A stretch of DNA of 64,000 bases, from contig NC_086104.1 in assembly GCF_963921235.1 (NCBI RefSeq), positions 95,728,001 through 95,792,000 on the forward strand, read 5' to 3'. This DNA is from Mobula hypostoma (lineage: Eukaryota). Each line of letters opens with the position of its first letter. The stretch's first letter is position 1. This document shows, in pieces, positions 51,831 to 63,830 of this stretch. A model generated the notes under the pieces. The model was given only the letters and a program-made list of their open reading frames with translations, made no database searches and was not told the origin of the DNA. The position numbers and the translations under genes were made by a program.

Positions 51831-51957
51831 TATACTGATGATTTAAAGGAAGTGCATACACTGTAGACCAATATCTGGATTATAAGAAGTAGTGAGAAAG
51901 CAAATTGTGATGATTATAAACAATTTACACAGAGAAATATGCAAATTAAATCTGTGG

Positions 51958-52250
51958 AGACCACGGCAGCACAGCAGTTAGCACGACATCATAGCAGTTC
52001 GGGTGTTCCAGAGTTCAATTCCAGCGCCGTCTGTCAGGAGTTTGTACGTTCTCCCTGGGAACCACTCGGGTTTCCTCCGAGTGCTCTGGTTTTTTCCCCA
52101 GAGTCCAAGGACATACCTGTTAGCAGGTTAGTTGGTGATTGTAAATTGCCCTGTGATCAGGCTAGTCGGGGGTCGCTGGACGTTGTGGCTCTTTGGGCCG
52201 GAAGAGCCTGTTCTGTGCTGTCTCTCTAAACAAAAAACAAACAAAAAAAA
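51958..52250 (+). mobile_element. tRNA-derived V-SINE (HE1-like)
   Basis: tRNA-like head with GAGTTCAATTCC, V-domain, CR1-like tail and A-rich end. Confidence 0.75.
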
Positions 52251-53029
52251 AATGTAGGGTTACTAATTTAGGAAGAAAGAGCAATAAAACCATATTACAC
52301 GTGTGTTTCGGCCTTTTGGGTAACAGAATTTCACCTTTTACAGAATTCATGAATAACTACACAAAATTTTGAGATGCAGTATAAAATTCGCTCTTCAGAG
52401 TTCAGATAAAAATAGTAAATTAATTTTTAACTCACATTTCCTGACGCAGGTGACACAGCTTTGCATGACGAAATATGGGCCATTCTTAGGATCCCCTGCC
52501 AGAACATGGGGGTCACCTGTATTTGAAAAGAAGATCGGCTACAGCACAAACAGGTCTGGGGTACTCAAATACCTGAGACAGAGAAAGCTGCAGCATAGGC
52601 ACAGCCAGGTAATCAGGAAGGTGAACACAATGCTGGCTATTATTTCAGGAGAGTTCAAATATAAAAGTAGTGAGTCTCACAAGAACTTCACAAGGGACTA
52701 CAAGACCTCACCTTGAGTACTGTGTACAGGTTGGCACCCTATTCAAGAGGGGTATACCATCATTTGAAGCATTCAGGAGATGGTTTCATGGATAGAGGGA
52801 CTGTCTTAGGAGGGAAAGTTGGACAGGTTGGGTTTGTACTTAATGGCATTTATAAGAACGAGAGGTATTCTTACTGAAACTCGTAAGGTTCTTAGGGAGA
52901 TATATAAAGTAAAACATGGGATTAGATAGTACAATGCCTGGCTTAGCAAGCACCTATTCAATATAGCGATTAGAATGAATTTCTCTGGTGAGTTTTGATT
53001 CTTTGTCTTTGAAAACTCTGGACCAAAGA

Positions 53030-53452
53030 ATTCCTAATGAACATTGATTTCTCTGTCTTCTGATAATTTCTCCCCCCTCCACCTTCTCTCTCTTTTTCAA
53101 TTCCCCATTACAGCTCCCCGCCCCCCCCTTACCCATTCTCTTCTCCTCACCTGCCTCTGATGCCCCTCCTCCTTCCCTTTCTCCCGTGGTCCACTCTCTT
53201 CTCCTATCAGGTTCCTTCTTCTTCAGCCTTTTCCACCTATCACCACCCAGCTTCTCCCTCATCTGACTTCATCTATCACCTGTCAGCTTGTGCTCCTTCC
53301 TCTCCCCCCACCTCCATATTTTAGCTTCTCCTCCCTTCATTTCTCATCCCGACTATTTTTTCCCTTCTATAGGTGCTGCCTGACCTGCCGAGCTCCTGCA
53401 GTATTGTGTGCGTTGCTCTGGATTTCCAGCAGCTGCAGAATCTCCTGTGTTT
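53030..53452 (+). mobile_element. Penelope-like terminal fragment
   Basis: ATGAACATTGATTTCTC, pyrimidine tract, GCTGCCTGACCTGC motif. Confidence 0.6.
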
Positions 53453-54131
53453 ATTCCATATGGTCTCCCCCTGTTGCTATTTGTTATGGGAATAGGAATA
53501 GGCAACTGAGCTCAGCATCTTGTCCTTTCATCTTCGAACACTGGGAAAAGGGGACAAGGGTTCCTGGAAACTGGGTCCAGTGCACTCTGTTATCATCTGG
53601 AATGCCTCAGCATCTGCACTTTCAAACAAGCACCAAATTCTGCTTTCCTCCTAGTTACCAGTGTTCTCTCTCTCAGATGCTTCATTCAAATCCTGAGCCT
53701 CAATCCCCTGAGGTAACAAACACCAGATTCTGCTGGAAGATTATTAACGTAATGAAAGATGCACTTTGGTCTTCCAATAGGAGATGTCTGTCAGTGAAAA
53801 CTGCTGATTTGCGCTGCTGCACTACAAACGGTGGTGGTAGTGTGTTCGGCCCAGTACATCATGGCTAAAGCCCTCTCAACTCCTGAGCTCATCTACATGA
53901 TGTGCTGTTGTAGGAAAGCAGCATGCATCATCAGAGATCCCTATCACCCAGGCCATGCTCTCTTCTCATGCCTGCCAACAGGTTGAAGGTACAAGAGCCT
54001 CAGGACCCACATCACCAGGTTCAAGAACAGTTACTGCCCCTCAACCATCAGGCTCCTGAACAAAAGGGGATAACTACACTCACTTGCCCATCCATTGAGA
54101 CGTTCCCACAACCAATGACCTCACTTTACAG

Positions 54132-54322
54132 CAAACAACAGGAATTCTGCAGATGCTGGAAATTCAAGCAACACACATAAAAGTTGCTGGTGAACGCAGC
54201 AGGCCAGGCAGCATCTCTAGGAAGAGGTCCTGACGAAGGGTCTCGGCCTGAAACGTCGACTGCACCTCTTCCTAGAGATGCTGCCTGGCCTGCTGCGTTC
54301 ACCAGCAACTTTTATGTGTGTT
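54132..54322 (+). mobile_element. 191-bp Penelope-derived mini-insertion: perfect 59-bp hairpin with a hammerhead motif in the loop
   Basis: 14-bp TSD ACCTCACTTTACAG (54118-54131 / 54323-54336). Arms 54170-54228 and 54264-54322 are exact reverse complements. Confidence 0.88.
54227..54260 (+). ncRNA. Minimal type-I hammerhead ribozyme motif
   Basis: GTC-CTGACGA(54230-54236)-AGG GTCTCGG CCT-GAAA(54250-54253)-CGTC^GAC; predicted cleavage after C54257. Confidence 0.72.
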
Positions 54323-54922
54323 ACCTCACTTTACAGACTCAGTATCTCATTGTCATGTTCTCGTTTTTTATTGCTACTTATTTATATTTGCATTTGTAGT
54401 TTGGTGTCTTCTACACTGATCTTTCAATGATCCTGTTATAGTTACTATTCTATAGATTTGCTAAGTATGCCTGCAGGAAACATCTTGGTGAACGTCTTCT
54501 GCACCCTCTCCAAAGCCTCCATGCCCTTCCTTGTAATGAGGCAACCACAACTGCACACAGTACTCCAAATGTTGAATCAAACATCAGCCTATGTTTGATA
54601 CAGCTCCATCATGACCGGACAACTGTTACATTCAACTGCCCAACCCACGAATGCAAGTATGCCGTAGGCTTTGCCACTCTATCTACCTATGCTATCATTT
54701 TCAGGGGGTGCATAAGTTACGGACACCTGTTCATACCAATGAGTTCTCATAAATACAGTATTAATAAAGTAAGAACTAGTCTTGAAAAAAATGTTTACAT
54801 GTGACTTGTCAACAACAATCAGATACCATTGTTTCCTAAGAATAGAGGCACCGTTTTCAATACAGAATCAACTTAACAGAGCTACTCCAGAAAATGACAT
54901 ACAATAATCTCTAATGATACTT

Positions 54923-56506
54923 ACATAGAATAGTACAGCACATTACAGGCCCTTCGGCCCACAATGTTGTGCCGACTCTCAAACCCTGCCTCCCATATGA
55001 CCCCCCACCTTAAATTCCTCCATATACCTGACTAGTAGTCTCTTAAACTGCACTAGTGTATCTGCCTCCACCACTGACTCAGGCAGTGCATTCCACGCAC
55101 CAACCACTCTCTGAGTAAAAAACCTTCCTCTAATATCCCCCTTGAACTTCCCACCCCTTACCTTAAAGCCATGTCCTCTTGTATTGAGCAGTGGTGCCCT
55201 GGGGAAGAGGTGCTGGCTATCCACTCTATCTATTCCTCTTATTATCTTGTACACCTCTATCATGTCTCCTCTCATCCTCCTTCTCTCCAAAGAGTAAAGC
55301 CCTAGCTCCCTTAATCTCTGATCATAATCCATACTCTCTAAACCAGGCAGCATCCTGGTAAATCTCCTCTGTAACCTTTCCAATGCTTCCACATCCTTCC
55401 TATAGCGAGGTGACCAGAACTGGACACAGTACTCCAAGTGTGGCCTAACCAGAGTTTTATAGAGCTGCATCATTACATTGCGACTCTTAAACTCCATCCC
55501 TCGACTTATGAAAGCTAACACCCCATAAGCTTTCTTAACTACCCTATCTACCTGTGAGGCAACTTTCAGGGATCTGCGGACATGTACCCCGAGATCCCTC
55601 TGCTCCTCCACACTACCAAGTATCCTGCCATTTACTTTGTATTCTGCCTTGGAGTTTGTCCTTCCAAAGTGTACCACCTCACACTTCTCCGGGTTGAACT
55701 CCATCTGCCACTTCTCAGTCCACTCCTGCATCCTATCAATGTCTCTCTGCAATCTTCGACAATCCTGTACACTATCTACAACACCACCAACGTTTGTGTC
55801 GTCTGCCAACTTGCCAACCCACCCCTCTACCCCAACATCCAGGTCGTTAATAAAAATCACGAAAAGTAGAGGTCCCAGAACAGATCCTTGTGGGACACCT
55901 CTAGTCACAATCCTCCAATCTGAATGTACTCCCTCCACCACCACCCTCTGCCTTCTGCAGGCAAGCCAATTCTGAATCCACCTGGCCAAACTTCCCTGGA
56001 TCCCATGCCTTCTGACTTTCTGAATAAGCCTACCATGTGGAACCTTGTCAAATGCCTTACTAAAATCCATATAGATCACATCCACTGCACTACCCTCATC
56101 TATATGCCTGGTCACCTTCTCAAAGAACTCTATCAGGCTTGTTAGACACAATCTGCCCTTCACAAAGCCATGCTGACTGTCCCTGATCAGACCATGATTC
56201 TCTAACTGCCCATAGATCCTATCTCTAAGAATCTTTTCCAACAGCTTTCCCACCACAGACGTAAGGCTCAACGGTCTATAATTACCCGGACTATCCCTAC
56301 TACCTTTTTTGAACAAGGGGACAACATTCGCCTCCCTCCAATCCTCTGGTACCATTCCTGTGGACAACGAGGACATAAAGATCCTAGCCAGAGGCTCAGC
56401 AATCTCTTCCCTCACCTCATGGAGCAGCCTGGGGACTATTCCGTCAGGCCCCGGGGACTTATCCGTCCTAATGTATTTTAACAACTCCAACACCTCCTCT
56501 CCCTTA
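54923..56506 (-). mobile_element. Young 5'-truncated CR1 LINE with an uninterrupted RT ORF
   Basis: ORF 54979-56574 (the N-terminal residues come from flanking DNA): KSPGPDG, YMDFSKAFDKVPH, GVPQGSVLGP, LADD. 6-bp TSD ATACTT (54917-54922 / 56507-56512). Confidence 0.93.
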
Positions 56507-57789
56507 ATACTTGTGCAATGATACTCCACTAAATCAGACCAGTGTAAACCCTCTCCAAAACCAGACCAGTGCAAGCCTCCCCGACAGAGCTGTTTTGGAA
56601 AACGACATGCAATAATCTCTAATGATATTTGTGCAATGATACTCCACTAAGTGGTGTAACAGTCACTGATACTTCATTGAAACCACTCTTTGTGTGAAAC
56701 GTTCTGATTCTGTAATGTAACCAGGCATGGGAGGACATAAATAACATAAATATCCATGTTAATTGGCCTTCATCAAGATCATTCCCTACGTTACTGAGGA
56801 GATATGGTTATCATATTAATTGGTATTGTGTATTTTGCAACTTAAGAATACAATTTGCTTATGGACACCCCTAAAATCATAACCTGTCCATAACCCGAAG
56901 ATCCTGGTTGTTGGTGTGCACTCCATACATCCCTGAAAGTGGAGAATAGTACAGAAGTGAAAGGATAGTACAGAAGGTGTTTGCCATGCTTGCTTTCCTC
57001 AGTCTGGGCACTGGCTGTAAGAGTTGGGAAGTCACAAGTTGCAGCTGTACAAAACCAGGTAGGCAGCATTTGGACGCCAGATTAACAAGACATGGAGGCT
57101 TTGGAGGCAGAAAGAGTTCACCAGACTTTGTCTGGATTGGAAAGAATTAGCCAGAAGGACAAACTTATGATGTTTTCTTCGGAGTGTCAGAAGCTGAGGG
57201 AATAACCCGTAGAGGCTGCTAAAGTGATAAGAGGCACACATTAGGTAGATAATCAGAATCCTTTTCCCCCAAGATAGAAATGTCAATTACTAGGGAGCAT
57301 GGGCTCATGGTGAGAGGGCGGCAAGTTTAAAGGGGATGCGTTGAGCAAGTTTTTTTTGAACATAGAGTGTGGTAGATATCAGGGGAAGTGGGCACAGCCC
57401 TCTCCACCCATGACATCTATCATTAAGGATTCCTACATCCAGGTTATGCCCTCTTCTAGTTGCCACTGTCAGGCAGGAGGCGGAGAATCCCGAAATTCCA
57501 CACTGCCAGGTTCAGGAACAGCTACTTGACTGCAACCATCAGTTTCCTGAATCGACCCTAACTCAGCAACCCAACACCTCCCGCATTACCGTGGCCTTGT
57601 CTTCAACTCTTTCGCTCTAAGGTCTTATGTAAGTAGGTATATGGCAATAAAATTGGTGGAGAGACCATACTTATGTTGAAGAGGCGTTACAAGTAGGGAA
57701 TGGAAGAATAGAGAGCAGGATGAATTGGCGTCATTAGTGTCGCTGGTCTGAAAGGCCAGATCCCATGAGAACATTGTACATATTTACAC

Positions 57790-58130
57790 AACTACCCTTT
57801 ACCTCAGCGCCGCTCACTCCCTCGCTCCCGTTAACACGAGAGACGCTCCATCACTTTGTCTCCAACACTCCGGCCTCCAGCTTACGTCACGTGATGGGGC
57901 CGAGGCCGACGGGGCGGAAGTGACGGACATCCCGAGGCGGACCCGGCTGCTCGTCGCCTAGCAACCGCGAAGCGCCGGCCTTGGAGGGAAGCAGGCGAAG
58001 TGACAGACAGCCGGGCAGAAGGGCCGGTCGGCGGGGCTTGGTCATCGGTCAGTACTGTACGTCCGCGCCGCCGCCCAGGTTAGCGCTCGGGCCTCGGAGC
58101 TGCCGTTAAAGGTGGGCTGGGGAACAGACT
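57790..58130. promoter_or_regulatory. Second CpG island; probable bidirectional promoter
   Basis: CpG-rich; CRE-like/E-box TTACGTCACGTGA (57882-57894), GC-box/ETS GGGGCGGAAGTG (57911-57922), X-box GTCGCCTAGCAAC (57953-57965). Minus donor GAG|GTAAAG (57803/57802); plus donors near 58047-58112. Confidence 0.8.
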
Positions 58131-58423
58131 AAGAGCTTATTTCTCTGTGACTTTAAACTGACGGGCTTTCAGTCTGGGAAGCTGTGCACTGATAATTAAT
58201 TGTATGTTGCAAATTGCTCCTTGTTTAGGAGGAGGGAATGATGTGATGTCAAACAGTCTCTGACAACCGGCCCTCACCTGTGGCTGAACTACTCAGCCTG
58301 ACGGAACCGTTTCTACTGACGGGAGAAGGGGCAAAGGCGGGTTACCAGTCGCGTCGGGCAGCCGTGGCTGGCAGCTCACCTCGGAGAAGGAAAACGCAGA
58401 TCTCAAACCTCCACTGCCTCGCT

Positions 58424-58680
58424 GCGCGGTAGTGTAGTGGTTAGCACAACGCTTTACAGTACTAGCGGCTGGGTTCAATTCCTGCCACTACCTGTTAGGA
58501 GTGGCCGCGCGGGTTTCCTCTGGGTGTCCCGGTTTCCTCCCACAGTCCAAAGACCGACCGGTCAGTCGGTTAGTTGATCAATGTCCCACAACTAGGCGAG
58601 GGTTAAATTGGGGATTGCTGGGCAGCACAGCTCAGTGGGCTGGAAGGGCCTATTCCACTCTGTATCTCAATAAATAAACA
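58424..58680 (+). mobile_element. tRNA-derived V-SINE with intact Pol III A and B boxes
   Basis: A-box TAGTGTAGTGG (58430-58440), B-box GGTTCAATTCC (58472-58482), V-domain, tail CTGTATCTCAATAAATAAA. Confidence 0.85.
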
Positions 58681-58937
58681 AGTACTCACTCATGGTGAAG
58701 GCTTCGGGAGGAAAAATCCAGGGCTGGAGACCCTAAGGCAGTCTAAAGTTGAGTTCAATACTATCGAGCAACTCCTGCAACGCCGCTGGTGACAAACTGC
58801 CTCTGCCGTTACTTAGGATTCATCAGCTGCTAGAGAGGGGGACCTTGCTGCGTGGACAACAGCTTCTCTCCATATCATACTGCCCTGTCTGTTGTGTATC
58901 ACGCAGACGACTAGACACAAGATCCACCGTTGACTCC

Positions 58938-61870
58938 TGTTTGTCTGTCTGTATCTTGTTTTACGGCGGTTGGCATCCAGCTTAATGGTGCATTACTGCC
59001 ACCCTCTGCTCCAGAATGTGCACTAGACATACATTCTAAATCCCTTCACCCAATCGCGCGCACACACACACATATATACAAACCTACACTTCACCCTGCC
59101 ATCTTCGACCATCCTAGTATCCTATTCCTGTTTATTTGTCATATTCTATAAAAAACCCCTGTACCCCTTAAAAACGCTAAAAATACCCGGACTTGTGCTC
59201 TCTCACCCATGCCCAGCAACCCTTTGAATGTGAATTCCTGCATCCCCAACTCCCTTAATTTATTTCTCATCATCTCTCTCTGTATCCCATACTTCCTGCA
59301 ACACAAAACTACATGTTCTACTGACTCCTCTTCCTGACATTCCTCACACAATCCTGTCTGGTGTTTCCCTATCATTTTCAATGTTTTGTTTAATGCACAA
59401 TGCCCCAGCCTTAACCTAGTCCACACAATTTCCTCTCTTCTGTTTCCATTACCTACCCTAGTAACTGCAACACTCTTTTGTATTTGATATAAATGCCTCC
59501 CTTTCCCCTCCCTGTCCCATCTTTCTTGCCACATTCGGTTGACTTTTTCCCAGATTACACACTTAACCTCTGCTTTACTGATACTAATGTGCATTTCCAC
59601 ATTTTCTTTCTTTAACGCCCTCTTTGCCAACTCATCCACCCTCTCATTCCCTTTCACCCCTACATGTGCTGGAACCCATAGAAATTTTACCTGACCTCCC
59701 TGATTTGCAATTCTTGTAACTAACTGAAGGACTTCATAAAGTACATCTTGCCGACTGTTTGTGTGAAAAGACCTTAAACTTGCTAGAACTGAGGATGAAT
59801 CTGAACATATCAATGCTTTGGCTTGTCTGGCTTTCTGCACCCATTGCAACGCAACCAACACTGCCAGCATCTCCACTGTAAACACCCCTAACTTATTAGA
59901 TGTTCTTCTGCTGATTCCAATTTCTTTTGCTGGTATTACCACCCCAAACCCTGTCACTCCTGTTTCAGGTTCCTTCGCACCATCCGTATAAATGTGAGTA
60001 TAATCACTATACTTTTCCATCACATGACAGTTAAATGCATTTACCAAATCTGTTTTATATCTTTCTTTCCTTTTTACCTCTAACAAATGCCAGTCTATGT
60101 CAGGCCATACAAGCTTCCATGGAGCTACAACCGGATAAACTACTGAAGGACTTATCCTCAGATCAAATACTCCACATTCTTTCGCGATATCATTCCCTAC
60201 CCGACTAAAGGTATCCCTCTGAAACCTCCCATTTTCCCAGCACTCCTGCAACACTCCTTTAGTAGGGTGAGAATCATTGTGCCCCTGCAAGTTAGCCCAG
60301 TAGTTTGCCATCAGTTGCATCCTTCTTAGTTCCAAAGGCATTATTCCCATTTCTACCTGTAGGGCTGACACTGGTGACGTTTTAAAAGCCCCACTGCACA
60401 CTCTCAAGGCCTGAGCCTGAATCACATCCAGTTTCCTTATAAGAGACCTAGCTGCTGATCTATATACTATATTTCCATAATCCAATACAGATCTCACTAA
60501 AGCCACATACATTCTCTTCAAAGCTGAACAACTTGCTCCCCATTCCCTACCAGTCAAACATCTCATCACATTTATTACTTTTTACATTTCTCCTCAACTT
60601 TCCTGATATGGTCTGCCCATGTTAATCATGAATCAAATATAACTCCCAGAAATTTAAATGATGCAACCCTTTCTAATTCAACCCCATACATTCTTAACTT
60701 CTTCCCTACCTCAACCCTTTTCCTGGTAAAAAATACAGTTTGAGTTTTATCTACTGAAAATCTACATCCCCAATCATAACCCCACTCCACCACTTCATCA
60801 ATTGCTTCTTGTAGTTTCCTGATTATATGGTCCATGTTCCTGCCTCTTTTCCACAAGGCCCCATCATCCGCAAACAGTGACCTACCTATATCCACTGGTA
60901 CCTTTGTGAAGACATCATTGATCATAATGATGAAAAGTAACGGGCTAATCACACTACCTTGAGGTGTGCCATTTTCCACTATGTACTGTTTTGATAATTC
61001 TGATCCAATCCGAACTTGAATTTTTCTACCAAACAAAAAATCTTTAATCCAATTAAAAACTCTCCCACCAACCCCCATCTTGTGCAGTTTAATTAATAAT
61101 CCTTCCTTCCACATCATATCATAGGCTTTTCCAATGTCAAAGAACACTGCCACTACTGACACTCTATTTGCCTGGGCCTTCCTTATTTCAGTCTCTAACA
61201 TAATCACTGAGTCCATGGAATTCCTTCCCTTTCTAAAACCACTCTGATAACTTGCCAGCATTCCCCTTTTCTCAAGCTCATATGATAACCTTTCTGTTAT
61301 CATCCTTTCCATTATCTTACATATACTTGATATTAATGCAATTGGTTAGTGGGTTTTGACAGATCCTTGCCAGGCTTCCTTATTGGAATTAGTACTGCTT
61401 CTTTCCATGCACTTGGTAATCTTCCCTCCTCCCACACTCTGTTATAAAAATGCAGCAACTTCAAGAGTGCTCTTTCTCCTAGATTTTTTAGCATCACAGA
61501 GCATATCAGATCTTTCCCTGGGGAGGTTGGTCTCGATCTCTTTATTGCTCTCACCATTTCTGCTAATGTAAATGGATCATCAATTATATCATCTTTTCCT
61601 TCCCTCCTGCTTAACACACCTGGGTGTTGGCTCATTATTCTTTCCCTTCTTCTTCTCCCTTCTTCAGACAAATTTTCTGAACTGTGTATCAGTACAAATG
61701 ACTTGGCCATGACCTCAGCCTTATCCCTACTGGAGACTGCAGTTTCCTCCTCAGATATCATTACTGGATATTCCCATTCCCTTCGATCTCCTCCCATCCT
61801 CTTAATCATTCCCCATATCTCTCCCACAGGTTTTGTTCTTCCTACCTTGTCGCAAAAACTCCTCCAACTT
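58938..61870 (-). mobile_element. 5'-truncated I-clade/Nimb-like LINE with RT and RNase H
   Basis: ORFs 61333-61827, 60626-61312 (FFDIGKAYD, GTPQGSVISP, LFADD) and 59139-60569 (IYTDGAK, CSDS, WVPAHVGVKGNERVD, CCHC). 13-bp TSD CAC(C/T)GTTGACTCC at 58925-58937 / 61871-61883. Confidence 0.92.
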
Positions 61871-62999
61871 CACTGTTGACTCCAACCAGTGGAGGGCCTC
61901 AAGAGGGAACAATCTTGGGGGAGTGATACTGACGGTGTTGGTAATTGTTTTTATTACTGTCACGTGAACGGAGATATGGTTTTGTTTTGCATGTCCACCA
62001 TGCCTCACGTAATTATATCCAGGCTGTAAGTCAAAGGAAACCAGAACACAGAATCTCGTGTTGCAGTTACAGAGAAAGTGTTCAAACGAAAGCTGAGTTT
62101 ATTGTCAGATGCACAAGCACTTCCTTGCAGCAGCATCACAGGGGTATAATATTACAGCACAACATACACTCAGCATAAATGATCCAAAATGCAAGGGTCA
62201 CCACTTGGTTGATTGAGCAATCAAGAATTTATCTTTTAGCACATGGCAGATTCTCCCAAGAGCAGCCTAGACTTGACGTCTAGGTAAAAGAAGTGGGGCA
62301 GTTACGTTGCTAATCAGGGATAGTATCACAGCTGCAGAGAGGGAGGACGTTGTGGAGGTATTGTCTACTGAGTCAGTGTGGGTGGTCAGAATCAGGAAGA
62401 GACCAATCACTCTATTGTAAGTATCCTATTGACCCCAGTAGCAATCTGTATTGAAAGGAAATTTGAAAATATGGATGATGCCAACTGATATTTCAGATCC
62501 AACTGTTTGGGAGGGGTGTGAAGACTGATTGTTTACATACTCTGTGATAACAGTGTATTTCTAAAGAGATAAATTGGAGTGGAGTGAATGACCCGGCTAC
62601 CACTGGACTTACTACTGTCCACAAAGAATAACATATACTGTATCAGCAATGTCATTTCCCCTCCAGAAATGAATATTCCAAACCACTTTTGCAAATTGTT
62701 GCAGTTAATAGAAGTAATCATGAGTCTTGTGTGATTTTTGTCTACCTTGGCTACAATACTTAGAAGTTGTCCTCCAATTTTGATACAGTTTTTGCTAAGA
62801 TCGAACTGAATAGCTGAACAGCTTGCGGACCTAAATGACTGCCGCTGCTGTTCTTTTAAGCGTGTGAACAATCACTATGAAAAGAGTAGATATTTAACAC
62901 TGCTTGGGAAAGCAGCAACTTTTTGTAGATCAGTAACTGAAGACATGAAAATAATTAGAATCACAGAGTAATCTGGCACAGAATAGGCCCTTTGATCAA

Positions 63000-63830
63000 C
63001 TAGGGAGTCGTAGCGACCAGGTCTCTAGCTCTGTGGCTCAGAAGGAAAGGGGGAAGAAGAGGAGTGCAGTGGTGATAGGCGATTCACCAGTTAGGGGAGC
63101 AGGCAAGAGATTCTGTGGACATAAAAGGGACTCCTGGATAGTATGTTGCCTCCATGGTGCCAGGGTCAGGGATGTCTCAGCTTGTGTCCGTAGCATTATA
63201 AAGGGGGGCTGATAAGCACCCAGAAGTGGTGGAACTGTACATATTGGTGCCAACAACATAGGTAGGAAAAGGGAGGAGTTCCTGAAGAAAGAACATAGGG
63301 AACTAGGTCAGAAGTTGAAAATGTAAACCTCAAGAGTAGTGATTTCTGGATTGCTGCCTGTGCCACATGCTGGATAGAATGATTTGCCAGATGAATGTGT
63401 GGCTGAGGAATTGGTGCAGAGAGCAGGGTTTCAAATTTGTGGATTATTGGGATCTCTTCTGGGTAAGGTATGATCTGTACAAAAAGGACAGGTTGCACCT
63501 GAACTTGGGGACCAATGTCTGTGTGGGCAGATTTGCTAGAGCATTTGGGGAGTATTTGAACTAGTTTAGCAGAAGAATGGCACCAGAGTGGTAGGTCAGA
63601 TGATAGGGTAGTTGCTATACATGTAGAGAGACTATGAGGAAGGATAGGTAGTTGATAGGGCAAAATTGTAGTCAATGGGATGGACTGAAGTGTCTTTTTT
63701 AAGGCAAGATGTATCAGGAACAAGGGTGATCAACATAGAGCATGGATCAGTACCTGGAACTATGACATTGTGGTCATTATGGGAGACTTGGCTGTCACAA
63801 GGACAAGAATGGCTGCTGTGTTTAGGAAGG
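63000..63830 (+). mobile_element. Degenerate CR1 piece spanning ORF1 (SGNH esterase) and the start of the ORF2 endonuclease
   Basis: VVIGDSPVRG, VCCLHGARVRD, WLRNWCREQGF, KDRLHLN; ETWL-like motif near 63785. Confidence 0.8.

Larger units (their letters stand above)
53830..54480 (+). mobile_element. Rex1-like LINE 3' fragment, host of the hairpin insertion
   Basis: CCRKAA.IIRDPYHPGHALF..RTHITRFKNSYCP-type sequence. Confidence 0.7.

Noticed and set aside
53290-53868. 192-aa ORF
   Set aside because: Spans a Penelope remnant and unrelated flanking DNA, has a non-ATG start and no recognisable domain.
54979-56574. 531-aa RT ORF as a host gene or autonomous element
   Set aside because: 5'-truncated CR1 lacking ORF1 and the endonuclease; the start of the ORF derives from flanking DNA.
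56610-56712. C/D box snoRNA (ATGATA ... CTGA)
   Set aside because: No canonical RUGAUGA C-box or terminal stem; better explained by the local duplication.
58424-58490. tRNA gene
   Set aside because: The tRNA-like head continues into a V-domain and LINE-derived tail, so it is a SINE. No complete cloverleaf is evident.
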